A DNA stretch of 39,241 nt, from positions 1 to 39,241 of the forward strand of contig JBFXGO010000008.1 of assembly GCA_050239825.1 (NCBI GenBank), given 5' to 3'. The notes beneath the pieces are model-generated. The model ran no database searches. It saw only the letters and a program-made list of their open reading frames with translations, and was not told the origin of the DNA. A program made the translations under genes and the position numbers. This document shows, piece after piece, positions 36,825 through 39,241 of the stretch. This DNA comes from a bacterium. Lineage in GTDB: Bacteria > Hydrothermota > 32-111. How positions within the stretch are numbered: position 1 is the stretch's first letter; each line of letters begins with the position of its first letter.

Positions 36825-37901
36825 ATGAATACAGACAATAAAATCTACGGAGTTATTCTTGCAGGAGGCAAGGGCGAAAGGTTTTGGCCCAAGTCAAAGC
36901 AGACGAACCCGAAACAACTGCTTAACATTATATCCAACAAGTCGATGCTTGAAGAGACTGTTGACAGACTATCTTCAATAATCGACAAGGAGAGAATACT
37001 GGTTATCGGAACATCTCTTCTTGATTACTCTATAAAAAAGCTGAATGTTGTGAAAGATGAGAATCTTCTCTCAGAACCGTTCGGAAAGAATACTGCCCTT
37101 GCCATCGGATACGCGGCAATTAAGATAAGAAAAATCGACTCTCAAGCCGTTATCCTCGTGTGTCCCGCAGACCATTCAATACACACAAATAAAGACTTTC
37201 TCGCCACGATTGAGACGGGGTATGAATTTGCCTTGCAGGGGAATCTTGTAACATTCGGCGTCACTCCTGTGCGCCCCGATGAAGGATATGGCTACATCGA
37301 GCTTGGAGATCAGTTGATAGAGAATAAAGTATATAAAATAAAGTCATTCAAGGAGAAGCCGAATATAAAAACTGCCCGCGCATATCTCAAGAAGGGCAAT
37401 ACACTTTGGAACAGCGGAATATTCTTATGGAGAGTCACCGATATTCTCGCGGCGATTGAAAAGTATCTTCCGGAAATGTATAGGGGGCTTCTTGAATTTG
37501 AAAAATCAATAGGACTTGATAATGAGAAGGATGCTCTCTTGAAGCTCTACACGGAATCCCAGTCAATATCTGTAGATTTCGGAATAATGGAGCAGGCAGA
37601 AAACATAGTAATATGCAGAGCTCAGTTTTCGTGGGATGATGTGGGAGACTGGAACGCCCTCGAGAGGATTAAAAGCAAGGACAAAAACGGCAATATATTT
37701 GACGGTTCAATAGCAGAGGTAAACTCAAAGAACAATATCGTCTCATGCGAGGATGGCCTTGTGTGCCTAATCGGAGTGGAGGACATGATAATTGTCAGGA
37801 CAAAGAATGAAACATTCATCTGCAAAAAGAGTGAAACAGGAGAGATTAAAAATCTTCTTAAAATACTGGAGAAAAATGAAAAATTTAAAAACCACCTTTG
37901 A
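36825..37901 (+). CDS. manC: Mannose-1-phosphate guanylyltransferase
   Basis: ILAGGKGERFWPKS..PKQ, EPFGKNTA, PADH, FKEKP, WNSGIF, WDDVG; start at 36825 preferred because 36807 overlaps the -10 box. Confidence 0.9.
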   Translation: MNTDNKIYGVILAGGKGERFWPKSKQTNPKQLLNIISNKSMLEETVDRLSSIIDKERILVIGTSLLDYSIKKLNVVKDENLLSEPFGKNTALAIGYAAIKIRKIDSQAVILVCPADHSIHTNKDFLATIETGYEFALQGNLVTFGVTPVRPDEGYGYIELGDQLIENKVYKIKSFKEKPNIKTARAYLKKGNTLWNSGIFLWRVTDILAAIEKYLPEMYRGLLEFEKSIGLDNEKDALLKLYTESQSISVDFGIMEQAENIVICRAQFSWDDVGDWNALERIKSKDKNGNIFDGSIAEVNSKNNIVSCEDGLVCLIGVEDMIIVRTKNETFICKKSETGEIKNLLKILEKNEKFKNHL

Positions 37902-37911
37902 GGAGGGTTCT

Positions 37912-38325
37912 ATGGTTAAAAAAGTTCTTGTTATTTCACTGATTCTTCTTGTGGCATTCGCAGGATGCACAAAGAAGGCAAAGACATCAGAACCGGTTAA
38001 ACAGGAGCAGGTTGTAGTAGTTGAAGAACAGCCGGACACACAGCAACTTGAAGTGATTGAAGAGCCTATTAAGACAGAGACAACAACTGTAATGACAAAT
38101 CAGAATGAGTACAAAGTCCAGCTCTTCGCTACATACGACGAAGCAAAAGCAACAAAGGTTCAGCAGGAAGCTGCACCCAAATTCACATCAGAGGTCTATG
38201 TGGATTATGTTGCACCATACTACAAAGTGCGCATTGGACATTTTACAGACAAAGCGGCGGCTGATAAAGTGAGAGATGAGGCGAAAGAGAAGGGATACAA
38301 CGACGCTTTTACAGTCGTTCCGTGA
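37912..38325 (+). CDS. SPOR-domain lipoprotein
   Basis: GGAGG RBS, lipobox FAGC, YKVQLFA...PYYKVRIGHF...GYNDAF. Confidence 0.9.
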   Translation: MVKKVLVISLILLVAFAGCTKKAKTSEPVKQEQVVVVEEQPDTQQLEVIEEPIKTETTTVMTNQNEYKVQLFATYDEAKATKVQQEAAPKFTSEVYVDYVAPYYKVRIGHFTDKAAADKVRDEAKEKGYNDAFTVVP

Positions 38326-38915
38326 AATTATTTTTCGCTTCACACAATCTTGACAAGAAGAGAGAAATTGAGTATATTGTATCTTCTGAAAAGCTTATAG
38401 TTCTTTATATTGACGATTTTCCGAAATACCCTGAAGTTGAAGAGACGGGGCAGACTCTTGAGGAGAATGCGGCGCTGAAAGCAGAGAAGGGTTTCGAGTT
38501 CTGCGGCCTTGACACATTCGCAGAGGATACAGGTCTCTTTGTGGATGCAATCGGCGGAGAACCCGGAATATACACTGCAAGGTATGCAGGTGAAAACGCA
38601 ACATACCATGACAATTGCGTTAAACTTCTCAACAAACTTGAAGGAATCCCCCCTGAAAAGAGGACGGCGCACTTCAAGACAGTAGTTTCATTCAAGACAA
38701 GAGACTCCATCCAATTTTTCACGGGTATCTGCGAAGGACGGATTTCTGAGAAACCAGCAGGCAAAAGCGGTTTCGGCTATGACCCGATCTTTATACCTGA
38801 AGGATACGAAGTGACTTTCGCGGAATTAGAGAAAGGCGTAAAAAACAGGATATCCCACAGGGCGAAAGCGGTTTTCAAGTTCTCCGAACATTTGAAAAAC
38901 AGATTCGGGGCATAG
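38322..38915 (+). CDS. rdgB: dITP/XTP pyrophosphatase (Ham1 family)
   Basis: ASHN..K, EENAALKA, EDTGL, GFGYDPIF, KNRISHR. Confidence 0.95.
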   Translation: MKLFFASHNLDKKREIEYIVSSEKLIVLYIDDFPKYPEVEETGQTLEENAALKAEKGFEFCGLDTFAEDTGLFVDAIGGEPGIYTARYAGENATYHDNCVKLLNKLEGIPPEKRTAHFKTVVSFKTRDSIQFFTGICEGRISEKPAGKSGFGYDPIFIPEGYEVTFAELEKGVKNRISHRAKAVFKFSEHLKNRFGA

Positions 38916-38980
38916 CGCAGCCCGGTTAGCGCGCCTGTTTTGGGAGCAGGAAGCCGCTGGTTCAAATCCAGCTGCCCCGA
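38906..38980 (+). tRNA. tRNA-Pro(TGG)
   Basis: Cloverleaf; anticodon arm cctgt-tttggga-gcagg; T-loop ttcaaat; CCA not encoded. Confidence 0.96.
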
Positions 38981-38992
38981 TTATAATTACAC

Positions 38993-39070
38993 GGTGAGTG
39001 TAGTTCAATTGGTTAGAGCCCTGGATTGTGGTTCCAGTTGTTGGGGGTTCGAGTCCCCTCACTCACCCCA
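38993..39070 (+). tRNA. tRNA-His(GTG)
   Basis: G-1, anticodon arm ctgga-ttgtggt-tccag, C discriminator plus CCA. Confidence 0.97.
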
Positions 39071-39074
39071 TTTC

Positions 39075-39148
39075 GCGCCTGTAGCTCATTTGGATAGAGC
39101 AACGGATTTCTAATCCGTAGGTAAAAGGTTCGACTCCTTTCAGGCGCA
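39075..39148 (+). tRNA. tRNA-Arg(TCT)
   Basis: Acceptor gcgcctg/caggcgc; anticodon arm acgga-tttctaa-tccgt. Confidence 0.96.
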
Positions 39149-39165
39149 TACTCTTTGCATAATAC

Positions 39166-39238
39166 GCGTCACTAGCTCAACTGGTAGAGCAATTGACTCT
39201 TAATCAATAGGTTCGGGGTTCGAGTCCCCGGTGACGCA
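39166..39238 (+). tRNA. tRNA-Lys(CTT)
   Basis: Acceptor gcgtcac/gtgacgc; anticodon arm attga-ctcttaa-tcaat. Confidence 0.96.
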
Positions 39239-39241
39239 AAA

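Noticed and set aside
3434..38965. Numerous antisense ORFs in the supplied track
   Set aside because: Shadows of well-supported genes or tRNAs on the opposite strand.

Overview
Bacterial chromosomal segment. The T9SS-type C-terminal sorting domain, LVIVD propellers and cyclase-AAA-TPR remnant suggest an FCB-related candidate lineage such as WOR-3/TA06 (inference only). Housekeeping blocks are panB/LysM/alr/SufT-like; glycosyltransferase plus GlmU-like; rpmH-rnpA-yidD-yidC-jag-mnmE-rluD-topA; and manC-like/SPOR/rdgB followed by tRNA-Pro/His/Arg/Lys. They alternate with accessory DNA: (i) an IS3-like remnant and an HNH-type restriction-modification pair; (ii) a secreted beta-propeller gene of near-identical 126-bp repeats with hypervariable loop codons, lying between fragments of a decayed cyclase-AAA-TPR gene; (iii) an isochorismatase / FAD oxidoreductase / non-canonical RlmN-like radical SAM operon behind a terminator-containing leader; (iv) an Lsa-like ABC-F gene with a uORF attenuator; (v) an AT-rich defence island headed by an intact YRDD UG/Abi-type reverse transcriptase, followed by decayed and intact restriction-modification genes. 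The best candidates for undescribed biology are the RT-led defence island, the radical SAM operon and the variable-repeat propeller. All family assignments come from motif recognition by eye; no database searches were run.
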